Origin: Planctomycetota bacterium
GTDB lineage: Bacteria; Planctomycetota; UBA11346
NCBI GenBank assembly: GCA_038213805.1
Contig: JBBQSO010000117.1
Coordinates: forward strand, 1-13,946
Direction: 5' to 3'
DNA: 13,946 bases
This document shows positions 1 through 8,239 of this stretch, in pieces (positions within the stretch are counted from its first letter, which is position 1; every line of letters begins with the position of its first letter). Under the pieces are notes generated by a model that saw only the letters and a list, made by a program, of their open reading frames with translations, searched no databases and had not been told where the DNA came from. The position numbers and the translations under genes are program-made.

Positions 1-1
1 G

Positions 2-493
2 TACTATCCGGTGCTCTACAGCGGCCCCGGTGGGCTGGTGGCGCACGAGTGCATCATCGACCTGCGCCCCTTCAAGGCCGCCGGTGTCGAGGCCGAGGAC
101 GTGGCCAAGCGCCTCATGGATTACGGTTTCCACGCACCGACCCTGTCCTTCCCGGTGGTCGGCACCTTGATGATCGAGCCGACCGAGAGCGAGTCGCTGC
201 CCGAACTCGAGCGCTTCTGCACGGCGATGATCAGCATCCATGGCGAGATCACCGAGATTGCCGCCGGGCGCGCGCACCGCACCGACAACCTGCTGAAGAA
301 CGCCCCGCACACCGCTGCCGCGGTGATCGCCGATCAGTGGACCCACCCCTATGGGCGCGAGGCGGCCGCCTTCCCTGCGCCGTGGACGCGCGAGCGCAAG
401 TTCTGGCCGACCGTTGGACGCATCGACAGCGCCTTCGGAGACCGCAATCTGGTGTGCTCGTGCGCGGGGATGGAGGCCTACGCGGACGCCTGA
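2..493 (+). CDS. gcvP: Glycine dehydrogenase (glycine cleavage system P protein), C-terminal part; 5' end lies outside the window
   Basis: Frame is open from the window edge (YYPVLY...). Typical GcvP C-terminal motifs: [65 protein letters not shown]. Stop TGA at 491-493. Confidence 0.97.
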   Translation, partial: YYPVLYSGPGGLVAHECIIDLRPFKAAGVEAEDVAKRLMDYGFHAPTLSFPVVGTLMIEPTESESLPELERFCTAMISIHGEITEIAAGRAHRTDNLLKNAPHTAAAVIADQWTHPYGREAAAFPAPWTRERKFWPTVGRIDSAFGDRNLVCSCAGMEAYADA

Positions 494-520
494 TCCGGTC
501 CGCCGCCTGTGAGGACGACC

Positions 521-661
521 GACAGCCGATAAAACAGGCGCGGAGACGCGGAGAATGGAGGAGGAGGCCGGAATGGGCTCAGGCAGCGTAGCGCTGGTGT
601 GCACCTTCCCTGCACTCCTCCGCTCCCCTGCGCGTCTGCGCGTCCTGTTCTATCGGCTGTC
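521..661. repeat. Long imperfect inverted repeat (arms 521-550 and 631-661, 80-nt core) downstream of gcvP
   Basis: Left arm GACAGCCGATAAAACAGG-CGCGGAGACGCG versus reverse complement of right arm GACAGCCGATAGAACAGGACGCGCAGACGCG: 28 of 31 columns match. Inner GGAGGAG (557-563) can also pair with CTCCTCC (615-621). Confidence 0.85.
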
Positions 662-870
662 TGACCCCAGGGTTGCGGGTCACGAACGGGGGCACCCGAA
701 CGTTCCTGGGGCATGATGGCTTCCTGGTACGCCCGCCCCGTGCGCTGCGCCGTGCGCGCGGTGCAACCGTCGCCGGATTCGCGGCAACACGCTGGCGCGC
801 ATCGGGTATGATCATCCGGGTGCCACCGGCGCTCCGTTTTCTTCGGCTGTGGATGCAGCAGGGTCGACGA

Positions 871-3207
871 ATGCCCGCCAGGCTCCGCCATATCAGCCGT
901 CCCGGTCTGGCTCTGCCCGCCACCCTGCGCATCGCCGGCGGTATCGCGGTCGCGGTGACGCTGCTCGCCACGGCCGTGGGTCGCGCCGCGGGCGCCGATG
1001 ACACCGCGGGCAGACGCGTGTACCACGACCGCTGCGCCTCCTGCCATGGCGACCAGGGCCAAGGAGTGCGCGACAAATACGCGGAGCCCCTGGTGGGCGA
1101 TCGCTCGTTGGCGTCGCTAACGCGCTATATTGAGAAGCGCATGCCGGATGAGAAGCCCGGCACCTGCATCGGCGAGGACGCCAAGCAGGTTGCGCAGTTC
1201 ATCTTCAACGCCTTCTATTCGTCCCAGGCCCAACTGCGCACCAATGCGCCGCGCGTCGAGTTGGCGCGCCTGACCGCCAGCCAGTACCGCATCTGCGTTG
1301 CCGATCTGATCGCCTCGTTCTATGGCCAGGCGGCACTCGGCGACGAGCGCGGCCTGCACGCCGAGTACTTCAATGACAAGCGCGGCTTCAACAAGGACAA
1401 GCGCGTCATCGAGCGGACCGAGCCCACCCTCCAAGTAAATTTCACGGCGCAGAACCCCGCCGACAAGATGGACAAGGACGAGTACGCCATCCGTTGGAGC
1501 GGGTCCCTGGCCGCCGCCGAGACCGGTGACTACGACATCATTCTCGACACCGCCAACGGCGCGCGGGTGTGGGTCAACGACCGTGAGAAGCCGCTCATCG
1601 ACGCTTGGGTGCGCTCGGGCGAGGATCCGCGCCACGTCGCCACCATCGCCCTGCTGGCGGGGCGCACCTACCTGCTGAAAGTGGAGATCGCCAAGGAGAA
1701 GAAGGAGTCCATGGTCAGCGCGGTGCTGAAGTGGAAGCCGCCTCATGGCGCCGAAGAGGTCGTCCCCACGCGCCTGCTCTCGCCCGCCGGGGGCTCGCAG
1801 TGGCTGGTGCTGAAGACGCCGTTCCCGCCGGACGACACCAGCCTCGGCTATGAGCGCGGCAACTCGGTGTCGAAGTCCTGGGACGAGGCGACCACGCAGG
1901 CGGCCTTCGAAGTTGCCGGCTTCGTGAACGACCGTTTGCAGCAGGTCGCCGGCGTGCGCGCCGATGCCGGCGACGCCAAGCCGCGTCTGATCGCCTTCCT
2001 GCACCGCTTCGCGGAACGCGCCTTCCGACGCCCGCTGAACGATGAGCAGAACCAGTACTTCATCGACCGCCACTTCACTGGCGACGCCAGCGCCGAGACC
2101 GCGCTGCTCAAATCGCTGCTGCTGGTGCTCAAGTCCCCGCGCTTCCTGTTCCCGGGCGCGGATGCGGATGGCCACGACCCGTACGCGGTCGCGTCGCGGC
2201 TGTCCTTCGCGCTGTGGGACTCGCTGCCGGACGCCAAGCTGCTCGAGGCGGCGAAAGGCGGCCGCCTCGCCACTCGCGAGACCATGGGCGCAGAGGTCGA
2301 GCGCATGTTGCAGGACCCGCGTGCCCATACCAAGATGCGCCAGTTCTACCACCGCTGGCTCAAGCTCGACAATCTGCGCGGCCTGTCCAAGGAGGCCGGG
2401 CGCTTCCCCGGCTTCGACGACTCACTGGTCTCTGACCTGCGCACCTCGCTCGACCTGTTCCTGGATGAAGTCACCTGGGACGCCGCCTCCGACTACCGGC
2501 GCCTGATGGTCTCCGACACCATCCCCCTGAACGGCCGCCTGGCCAAGTTCTACGGCGTCGACCTGCCCGAGGACGCCCCCTTCCAGATGGTTGCGCTCGG
2601 CAAGCAGCCGCGCGCCGGGCTGCTGACCCATCCACTGATGATGGCTGGCTTCTCGTACAGCGCGACCAGCTCGCCGATCCACCGCGGGGTCTTCGTCAGC
2701 CGCAGCATGCTCGGCCGCCGCCTGCGCTCGCCGCCGGACTCCATCACGCCGGAGAGTCCGGCCCTGCACCCCGACATGACCACGCGCGAGCGCATCGGCA
2801 AGCAGACCAGGCCGGCGATGTGCATGACCTGCCACGACATGATCAATCCGCTCGGCTTCACCATGGAGAACTTCGACGCCGTCGGCCGCTTCCGCCAGGA
2901 CGAGCTCGGCAAGCCGCTGGACACCGGCGGGTCGTACCGGCGCATGGACGGCGAGCTGGTGGAATTCCACGACGCGCGCGATCTCGGCGCCTTCCTTGCC
3001 ACCAGCGAGGAGGCCCAGGGCGCCTTCGTCGAGCGCCTGTTCAAGGACGTGGTCAAGCAGCCGATCCTCGCTTACGGCCCCGATGAGAAGGAACGCCTGC
3101 GTCGTACGTTCGTCGACCACGGCTTCAGCATACGCGCGCTGCTCGTCGAGCTAACCGTCAGCTCGGCCATGATCCCTCCGACCAGCACCAAGGCGACCAG
3201 CAAATGA
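871..3207 (+). CDS. Secreted c-type cytochrome with PA14 and DUF1587/DUF1595/DUF1592/DUF1588/DUF1585 (PSD/PSCyt3) domains
   Basis: Signal-peptide-like N-terminus, then CASCH heme motif (1033-1047) with a candidate distal Met (KRMP, 1141). PA14-like segment (GLHAEYFN...YAIRWSGSL...GARVWVND...LIDAW). DUF1595-like [13 protein letters not shown]1592-like [20 protein letters not shown]1588-like RAGLLTHP...SPIHRG...CMTCH (2821-2835)...[18 protein letters not shown]. Start uncertain: in-frame ATGs at 808, 853 and 871; the ORF-track start at 673 is probably too long. Confidence 0.9.
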   Translation: MPARLRHISRPGLALPATLRIAGGIAVAVTLLATAVGRAAGADDTAGRRVYHDRCASCHGDQGQGVRDKYAEPLVGDRSLASLTRYIEKRMPDEKPGTCIGEDAKQVAQFIFNAFYSSQAQLRTNAPRVELARLTASQYRICVADLIASFYGQAALGDERGLHAEYFNDKRGFNKDKRVIERTEPTLQVNFTAQNPADKMDKDEYAIRWSGSLAAAETGDYDIILDTANGARVWVNDREKPLIDAWVRSGEDPRHVATIALLAGRTYLLKVEIAKEKKESMVSAVLKWKPPHGAEEVVPTRLLSPAGGSQWLVLKTPFPPDDTSLGYERGNSVSKSWDEATTQAAFEVAGFVNDRLQQVAGVRADAGDAKPRLIAFLHRFAERAFRRPLNDEQNQYFIDRHFTGDASAETALLKSLLLVLKSPRFLFPGADADGHDPYAVASRLSFALWDSLPDAKLLEAAKGGRLATRETMGAEVERMLQDPRAHTKMRQFYHRWLKLDNLRGLSKEAGRFPGFDDSLVSDLRTSLDLFLDEVTWDAASDYRRLMVSDTIPLNGRLAKFYGVDLPEDAPFQMVALGKQPRAGLLTHPLMMAGFSYSATSSPIHRGVFVSRSMLGRRLRSPPDSITPESPALHPDMTTRERIGKQTRPAMCMTCHDMINPLGFTMENFDAVGRFRQDELGKPLDTGGSYRRMDGELVEFHDARDLGAFLATSEEAQGAFVERLFKDVVKQPILAYGPDEKERLRRTFVDHGFSIRALLVELTVSSAMIPPTSTKATSK

Positions 3208-4556
3208 TCCACGCATCCCGCCCCCAGCGCCACAGCCGCCGCCAATTCCTGCGCGATCTCGGCGCCCGGGCCGCCTTGCTGCCGTTCATCCTCAACCTGC
3301 CCAGCCTGGGCTTCGCGGGCGAGCCGGGCGGCGCCGCGCAGCCGCGGCGCAAGCAGCGCCTGATCGTGATGTTCAGCCCCAACGGCGTGATCCCTGGAAC
3401 CTTCTGGCCGGATGCGGTGGGCGCCGGGTTCGCGTTCAAAGAGAGTCTGCGCCCGCTCGAGGAGTTCCGTGCGCGCACCCTGATGCTGCACGGCGTGTGC
3501 AACAAGATCAAAGGCGATGGCGATGGCCACATGCGCGGCATCGGCTGCCTGCTGACCGGTATCGAGCTGTTCCCCGGCAATATCCAGGGCGGCTCCGACA
3601 CGCCGGCGGGCTGGTCGCGCGGGATTTCCATCGACCAGGAGATCACCCGCTTCCTGCAGGCGCAGCCCGCGACCCGTACGCGCTTCGGCTCGCTCGAGTT
3701 CGGCGTGCAGGTGTCCGAGCGCGCCGACACCTGGACGCGCATGTCGTACGCCGGGCCGAACCAGCCGCTGGCGCCGATCAGCAATCCCTACCAGATGTTC
3801 GCCAAACTCTACGGCCAGCAGAAGAGCCGGGACGCGCTGATCAGCGTGCTCGACGACCTGCAGGGCGACCTCAAGAAAGTGCGCGAGCAGGTCAGCACCG
3901 AGGATCGCGCGCTGCTCGAACAGCACGCGACCTTCGTCCGCGCGGCCGAGAAGGAGCTCAAGGATTCCGGGTCCGCGGTGCAGACCGTCAAGCCGCCCAC
4001 GCTCGAGGGCGGGGTGCGCGACGACAACGACCGCATGCCCAAGACCAGCCGCATGCAGATCGACCTGCTGGTCGCCAGCATGCAGGCCGATTTCGCGCGC
4101 GTCGCGAGCCTGCAGTACACCCAGTCGGTCGGCCAGGCGAAGATGACCTGGCTGGGCATCCACGAGGCGCACCACACCCTGTCGCACGAACCCGACGACA
4201 AGAAGGACGTCCAGGATCAGCTGACCAGGATCAACACCTGGTTCTGCGGCGAACTCGCCTATCTGGTCAAGCGCCTCGCCGAGACCCCGGAGCCGGGCAC
4301 GCAGCAGAGTCTGCTCGACAACACCCAGGTGGTGTGGACCAACGAGCTGGGCAAGGGCAACTCGCACACCCGGGACGACATCCCCTTCGTCCTGGTCGGC
4401 AATGGCCTCGATTTCAAGATGGGGCGCTCGCTCAAATACGAGAAGGTGCCGCACAACCGCCTGCTGATGTCCTTGGCCCATGGCTTCGGGCACAGGGTCG
4501 CCAGCTTCGGCAATGCGGACCATTGTCATGATGGGGTGCTGCCGGATCTGGTGTGA
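3204..4556 (+). CDS. DUF1552 (HXXSHH-family) protein with twin-arginine signal
   Basis: SRRQFLR Tat motif, [41 protein letters not shown]-x-x-[31 protein letters not shown]...[18 protein letters not shown] overlap with the upstream stop codon, matching the usual DUF1592-DUF1552 gene pairing. Confidence 0.92.
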   Translation: MIHASRPQRHSRRQFLRDLGARAALLPFILNLPSLGFAGEPGGAAQPRRKQRLIVMFSPNGVIPGTFWPDAVGAGFAFKESLRPLEEFRARTLMLHGVCNKIKGDGDGHMRGIGCLLTGIELFPGNIQGGSDTPAGWSRGISIDQEITRFLQAQPATRTRFGSLEFGVQVSERADTWTRMSYAGPNQPLAPISNPYQMFAKLYGQQKSRDALISVLDDLQGDLKKVREQVSTEDRALLEQHATFVRAAEKELKDSGSAVQTVKPPTLEGGVRDDNDRMPKTSRMQIDLLVASMQADFARVASLQYTQSVGQAKMTWLGIHEAHHTLSHEPDDKKDVQDQLTRINTWFCGELAYLVKRLAETPEPGTQQSLLDNTQVVWTNELGKGNSHTRDDIPFVLVGNGLDFKMGRSLKYEKVPHNRLLMSLAHGFGHRVASFGNADHCHDGVLPDLV

Positions 4557-4614
4557 CGCTGCTGGTGGCGCAGCACGATGGGGCGCGAGGTCACGTCGCG
4601 ACGTACGGATGCCG

Positions 4615-4634
4615 GACAGCCGACAGCCGACAGC
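4615..4634 (+). repeat. Short heptamer tandem repeat (GACAGCC)x2.9
   Basis: GACAGCC GACAGCC GACAGC read directly from sequence. A perfect 12-bp palindrome ACGTCGCGACGT lies just upstream at 4593-4604. Confidence 0.7.
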
Positions 4635-4738
4635 AGGTGGCAAGCAACACCCCGCACCATCCCCTGCCCAACAAGACCCCAGGCTTCACTTGCCTGCGAG
4701 TTCGCGGTGCCCACGGTCTCCGCCCTAGGAGCCCCGCC

Positions 4739-5518
4739 ATGCGCCTGCCCCTCATTGCCGCCCTCGTCCTGTGCGCAGCGCGACTGTCCGCCGCGATCAC
4801 CAGCGACACCCTCGAGTACGATGCCGACGGCACCACCTGCTCCGGCACGCTCGCCTTTGATGATGCCTGGACCACTCCGCACCCGGCGATCCTGGTCGCG
4901 CACGACTGGATGGGCAACACCGAGAACTCCCAAGGGCATGCCCGCGACCTGGTCAAACTCGGCTACGTTGCGCTGGCCGTCGACGTCTACGGCAAGGGCG
5001 TACGCCCGGCGAACGCCGACGAGGCCGGCAAACTCGCCGGCAAATACAAAGGCGACCGCTCGCTGATGCGCAGCCGCATGGCGGCCGGGTTGAAGGCGCT
5101 GCTCGCTACCGGCAAGGCCGACGCGAAAAAGGTCGGTGCGACCGGCTACTGCTTCGGCGGCACCTGCGTGCTCGAACTGGCGCGTAGCGGCGCCCCCCTG
5201 CTCGGCGTGGCGACCTTCCACGGCGGCCTGGCCACGCCCACTCCCGAGGACGCCAAGAACATCACCGGCAAGGTCCTGGTCCTGCACGGTGCCGACGATC
5301 CCTTCGTCAAGCCCGAGGAGGTCGCCGCCTTCGAGGCAGAGATGCGCGCCGCCAAGGTCGACTGGCAGGTCGTGCTCTACAGCAAGGCCGTGCACAGCTT
5401 CACCAACACCAAGGTCGGCTCCGACCCCAGCAAGGGCCAAGCCTACAATCCCGAGGCCGACCGCCGTTCGTGGCTCGCCATGACGAACTTCTTCACGGAA
5501 GTGTTCGCCGCCCCCTGA
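4739..5518 (+). CDS. Dienelactone hydrolase family alpha/beta hydrolase with signal peptide
   Basis: AGGAG RBS at 4727-4731 before ATG 4739. Signal peptide MRLPLIAALVLCAARLSA. Nucleophile elbow GYCFGG, plus FHGGL, HGADDP (Asp) and VHSFTN (His). GYVALAVDVYG and Y..ADRRSW are also typical of the family. Confidence 0.93.
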   Translation: MRLPLIAALVLCAARLSAAITSDTLEYDADGTTCSGTLAFDDAWTTPHPAILVAHDWMGNTENSQGHARDLVKLGYVALAVDVYGKGVRPANADEAGKLAGKYKGDRSLMRSRMAAGLKALLATGKADAKKVGATGYCFGGTCVLELARSGAPLLGVATFHGGLATPTPEDAKNITGKVLVLHGADDPFVKPEEVAAFEAEMRAAKVDWQVVLYSKAVHSFTNTKVGSDPSKGQAYNPEADRRSWLAMTNFFTEVFAAP

Positions 5519-5552
5519 TCGCTCGGGGAGATTGCATGTCAGGGGACGTGCG

Positions 5553-5685
5553 GTGCGGGGTGTGCAGTGCGGGGTGCCGGTGATGACAAAGGTCCAGGCT
5601 GCATACTTGTGATTGAGAGGAGATCGTCATCACAAACGATGCGTGTCGTTCAGACGGTCACACCGCACTCCGCACTCCCCACACT
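5553..5685. repeat. Heptamer-armed inverted-repeat element, copy 1 (GTGCGGR-type units on the left, CCGCACT units on the right), between convergent genes
   Basis: Left GTGCGGG GTGTGCA GTGCGGG GTGCCGG (5553-5580); right ACGGTCACA CCGCACT CCGCACT (5654-5676). Arms are shared with the copy at 12544-12657. Confidence 0.75.
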
Positions 5686-5711
5686 CCCCCTCCGAATCTG
5701 TCCGATGATTC

Positions 5712-7121
5712 CTACTTCCACATCTTCACCAACGCTGCAAGCGGGTAGAACAGCCGCAGGATGTCGTCTGCGCCATTGCCGGTCTTGGCGAGCTGGTAGG
5801 CGCTGACCTGCGACATGCCGACGCCGTGGCCGTAGCCGCGGCCGGCAATGACCAGGGTGCCGCCATCGTGCGCGGCGATGGTGCACGAGAGCCAATTGGT
5901 GGAGCGCACCACGCCTGGTCCCACCGCCAGCCGGAAATCGTTGCCATCCATCAGCGTTTCCAGTTCCTTGCCGCGCAGGCGGTGGCGGATGGCGACCTTG
6001 GATACGCGGCCGGAATCCGGGAAGCGCGCCGCCGGGCGCACGGAGTCGACGGTGCCGAAGACCAGGTTCTGGCGCGGGTGGGCCTCGGCCCAATCCTGGA
6101 GCGCCGCGCTGACCGAGCGCATCAGCAGCGTCGCGCGCCATTCCCAATGCGTCGCCTGCATGCCCAGGGCGCGCGTCCCGGCCTCGGCGGCGGGATCCTC
6201 GATTGATGGCATGACCACGGTCATGTCGGTCAGGGCATCACCCCCCTTGAGGTCGGGCCGGAAATGCGCGGCGCTCTCGGTGCGCCCCCCCGAGCAGGCA
6301 TGGAACAGGGTCGGCACCGGCAGGCCATGCCAGGCCAGCACATCGCCGCGTGTCTGTTCCAGAGCGGTGGCGACGCGCGCGGCGAGCGGTTTGACCCCGC
6401 TATAGGCCATGTCGACGGTGTAGTGCCAGTGCAGCTGCCACGCGTCGTTGCGGTTCTGCAGGACACGGTCCAACGCGTAGCTGCGCGCCACCACCGCCTG
6501 GGCCTTGAGCGCCTCCAGTGGCCAGCCAGGGTTCATCTCGGTCGGCACCACGCCGGCCAGGTAGGTTTCCATGCCGATTCGTTCGACCAGCACCGCCTTG
6601 CGGCTGGCGGGATCAAGGTGGACCTCGGGCTGGCCGGAGAACTCCAGGTGCGGGCGCTTGCCATCGGGCGCCTGCAGGGTCGCGGCGAACACCCGCGTGC
6701 CGACAGCGGGCGCGTGGATGTGCAGGTGCGGACCGAGATTGATGCGCCCCAGCGAGGCGATGCGCAGGCCGGCGCCGTAGGCCTGCACCGTCACCACCCC
6801 GGCGGCCAGATGGTACTGCTGACCACCCGACTCGACGTCGCCCTCCTGGAGCAGCGTGAAGGTCACCGTCGGCCCCGACGCCAGGAACACGCCGAGCTGC
6901 GGCTCGCGGTCGATCACCGGCGGGCGCACGCCCGGTGCGGGTGCAGGCGCGAGCGGCAGCGGCTGTTCGACGACGCCGGGTGCGGGCGCCGCTGTCTCGG
7001 CTGTGGTGGCGACCACTGGACGCACCGGCGGCGTCACGTCGCGCGAGCCCGCACGGGAGCAGGCGCCCGCTACGATGAGAGCGAGGACGAGACTGATCAG
7101 GACGGCGGTGCGGACGGGCAT
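5712..7121 (-). CDS. SpoIID/LytB-domain protein (putative lytic transglycosylase), probable lipoprotein
   Basis: SpoIID motifs ETYLAGVVPTEM (catalytic Glu), WPLEALKAQAVVARSYA, FHACSGGRTE, GRGYGHGVGMSQ and ILRLFYP. Hydrophobic N-terminus ending in lipobox-like AGAC, followed by a Pro/Ala-rich linker. Confidence 0.9.
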   Translation of the reverse strand: MPVRTAVLISLVLALIVAGACSRAGSRDVTPPVRPVVATTAETAAPAPGVVEQPLPLAPAPAPGVRPPVIDREPQLGVFLASGPTVTFTLLQEGDVESGGQQYHLAAGVVTVQAYGAGLRIASLGRINLGPHLHIHAPAVGTRVFAATLQAPDGKRPHLEFSGQPEVHLDPASRKAVLVERIGMETYLAGVVPTEMNPGWPLEALKAQAVVARSYALDRVLQNRNDAWQLHWHYTVDMAYSGVKPLAARVATALEQTRGDVLAWHGLPVPTLFHACSGGRTESAAHFRPDLKGGDALTDMTVVMPSIEDPAAEAGTRALGMQATHWEWRATLLMRSVSAALQDWAEAHPRQNLVFGTVDSVRPAARFPDSGRVSKVAIRHRLRGKELETLMDGNDFRLAVGPGVVRSTNWLSCTIAAHDGGTLVIAGRGYGHGVGMSQVSAYQLAKTGNGADDILRLFYPLAALVKMWK

Positions 7122-7125
7122 GTGC

Positions 7126-7995
7126 TCAGGATTCCACGTGGGGAGGCGGCAGGGGTGCAGGAGCGGGGTCGTGGACCGGGAAAGCCAGGCGCAGCCCGTC
7201 GACCGCCATGGTCACGCCCGCGGGCAGGCGCGGCGCCCAGTCGGCGTAGCGCACTTCGTGGCCCATGTGGGTCAGCACGGTGCGGCGGGGGCGCAGGCGC
7301 GCGATGATGCCCTGGGCCTCGGCCCAGCACAGGTGCGTGGAGTGCGATTCCTCGCGCAGCATGTCGAGCACCAGCAGATCGAGCCCGGCGAGCCACGCGT
7401 CTGCCTCGGCGGGCAGCACCTTGAGGTCGGTCAGATATGCGAGCCCGCCGCAGCGGAAACCGGTGGTGCGGCCGCCTGGACCGTGGCTCATCGGAAATGC
7501 TACCACCGGCAGCCCGGCGACGGTGGTCGGTGCGTAGTCAGCGAGCGCGACCGTGGTCAGGGTCGGCGAACCGTGCTGGTAGAACTCCTGGGTCCGGCCG
7601 AAACAATACGGGAACATCTCGACCACCGCCTGGAGGTGGGCCGCGTGGGCCAAAATCGGAATCGGCGTGCCCTTCATCAGGCGATTGAGGTGGCGCAGGT
7701 CATTGAGTCCGTGCGCGTGATCGGCGTGCTCGTGGGTCAGCAGGACCGCGTCGCAACGCACGATCGAGCACGGCGGATAGGTGACGCCGTCCCAGGTGCG
7801 GTCGGGATCGCGCATCTGGTGCATGAGGTCGGGGCCGACGTCGATCAGCACCACGCGACCGCCCGGTCCGAGCAGAACTGCTCCCGAACGCCGACGCAGG
7901 TCACGCGGATCGTCCGACCACAGGGCCGGGTAGCCCCAAGGCGGATTGCCATGGCTGGTGCCGCAGCCGGTGATGATGATCTCCCACTGCTCCAT
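7126..7995 (-). CDS. Metallo-beta-lactamase-fold hydrolase, PhnP-like phosphodiesterase subfamily
   Basis: TGCGTSHG.P, DPRDLRRRS, VLIDVGPDL, metal motif THEHADHAHGLNDLR, MSHG, AYLTD, HSTHL, LTHMGH. Start at ATG 7995 (alternative 8004); the ORF-track extension to 8880 overlaps the next gene. Ends 4 bp before the SpoIID start. Confidence 0.9.
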   Translation of the reverse strand: MEQWEIIITGCGTSHGNPPWGYPALWSDDPRDLRRRSGAVLLGPGGRVVLIDVGPDLMHQMRDPDRTWDGVTYPPCSIVRCDAVLLTHEHADHAHGLNDLRHLNRLMKGTPIPILAHAAHLQAVVEMFPYCFGRTQEFYQHGSPTLTTVALADYAPTTVAGLPVVAFPMSHGPGGRTTGFRCGGLAYLTDLKVLPAEADAWLAGLDLLVLDMLREESHSTHLCWAEAQGIIARLRPRRTVLTHMGHEVRYADWAPRLPAGVTMAVDGLRLAFPVHDPAPAPLPPPHVES

Positions 7996-8239
7996 GCGGC
8001 GCATTGGATCGCGAGCGGGAACGGCGACCAGGGGGAGAGTCAGGGGGAGGTTGCGGAGGTCTCGCAGTCTCGTTGCCAGGGGTGCTGGCGTAGTCCCGAC
8101 GGAATCCTCCTTCACCAATGAGACTTCCGGACCCCGGACTGCCGAACCGGCAGTCAGCCCGCTCGTGCTTGCGCCCGACCCGCTCCCGTGGCACACCGGA
8201 GGGCAGGCGGCCCCCCACCGACCGTCCGAGAGGCGTTCC

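Noticed and set aside
807..812. TATGAT as -10 box for the cytochrome gene
   Set aside because: No matching -35 at suitable spacing and it overlaps a candidate start codon, so it is too weak to call.
673..870. N-terminal extension of the 844-aa ORF
   Set aside because: Arg-rich low-information sequence that would bury the signal peptide; a later ATG (808, 853 or 871) is more plausible.
5712..7121. Evidence of sporulation from the SpoIID domain
   Set aside because: SpoIID/LytB domains are widespread in non-sporulating bacteria, and no other sporulation genes are present.
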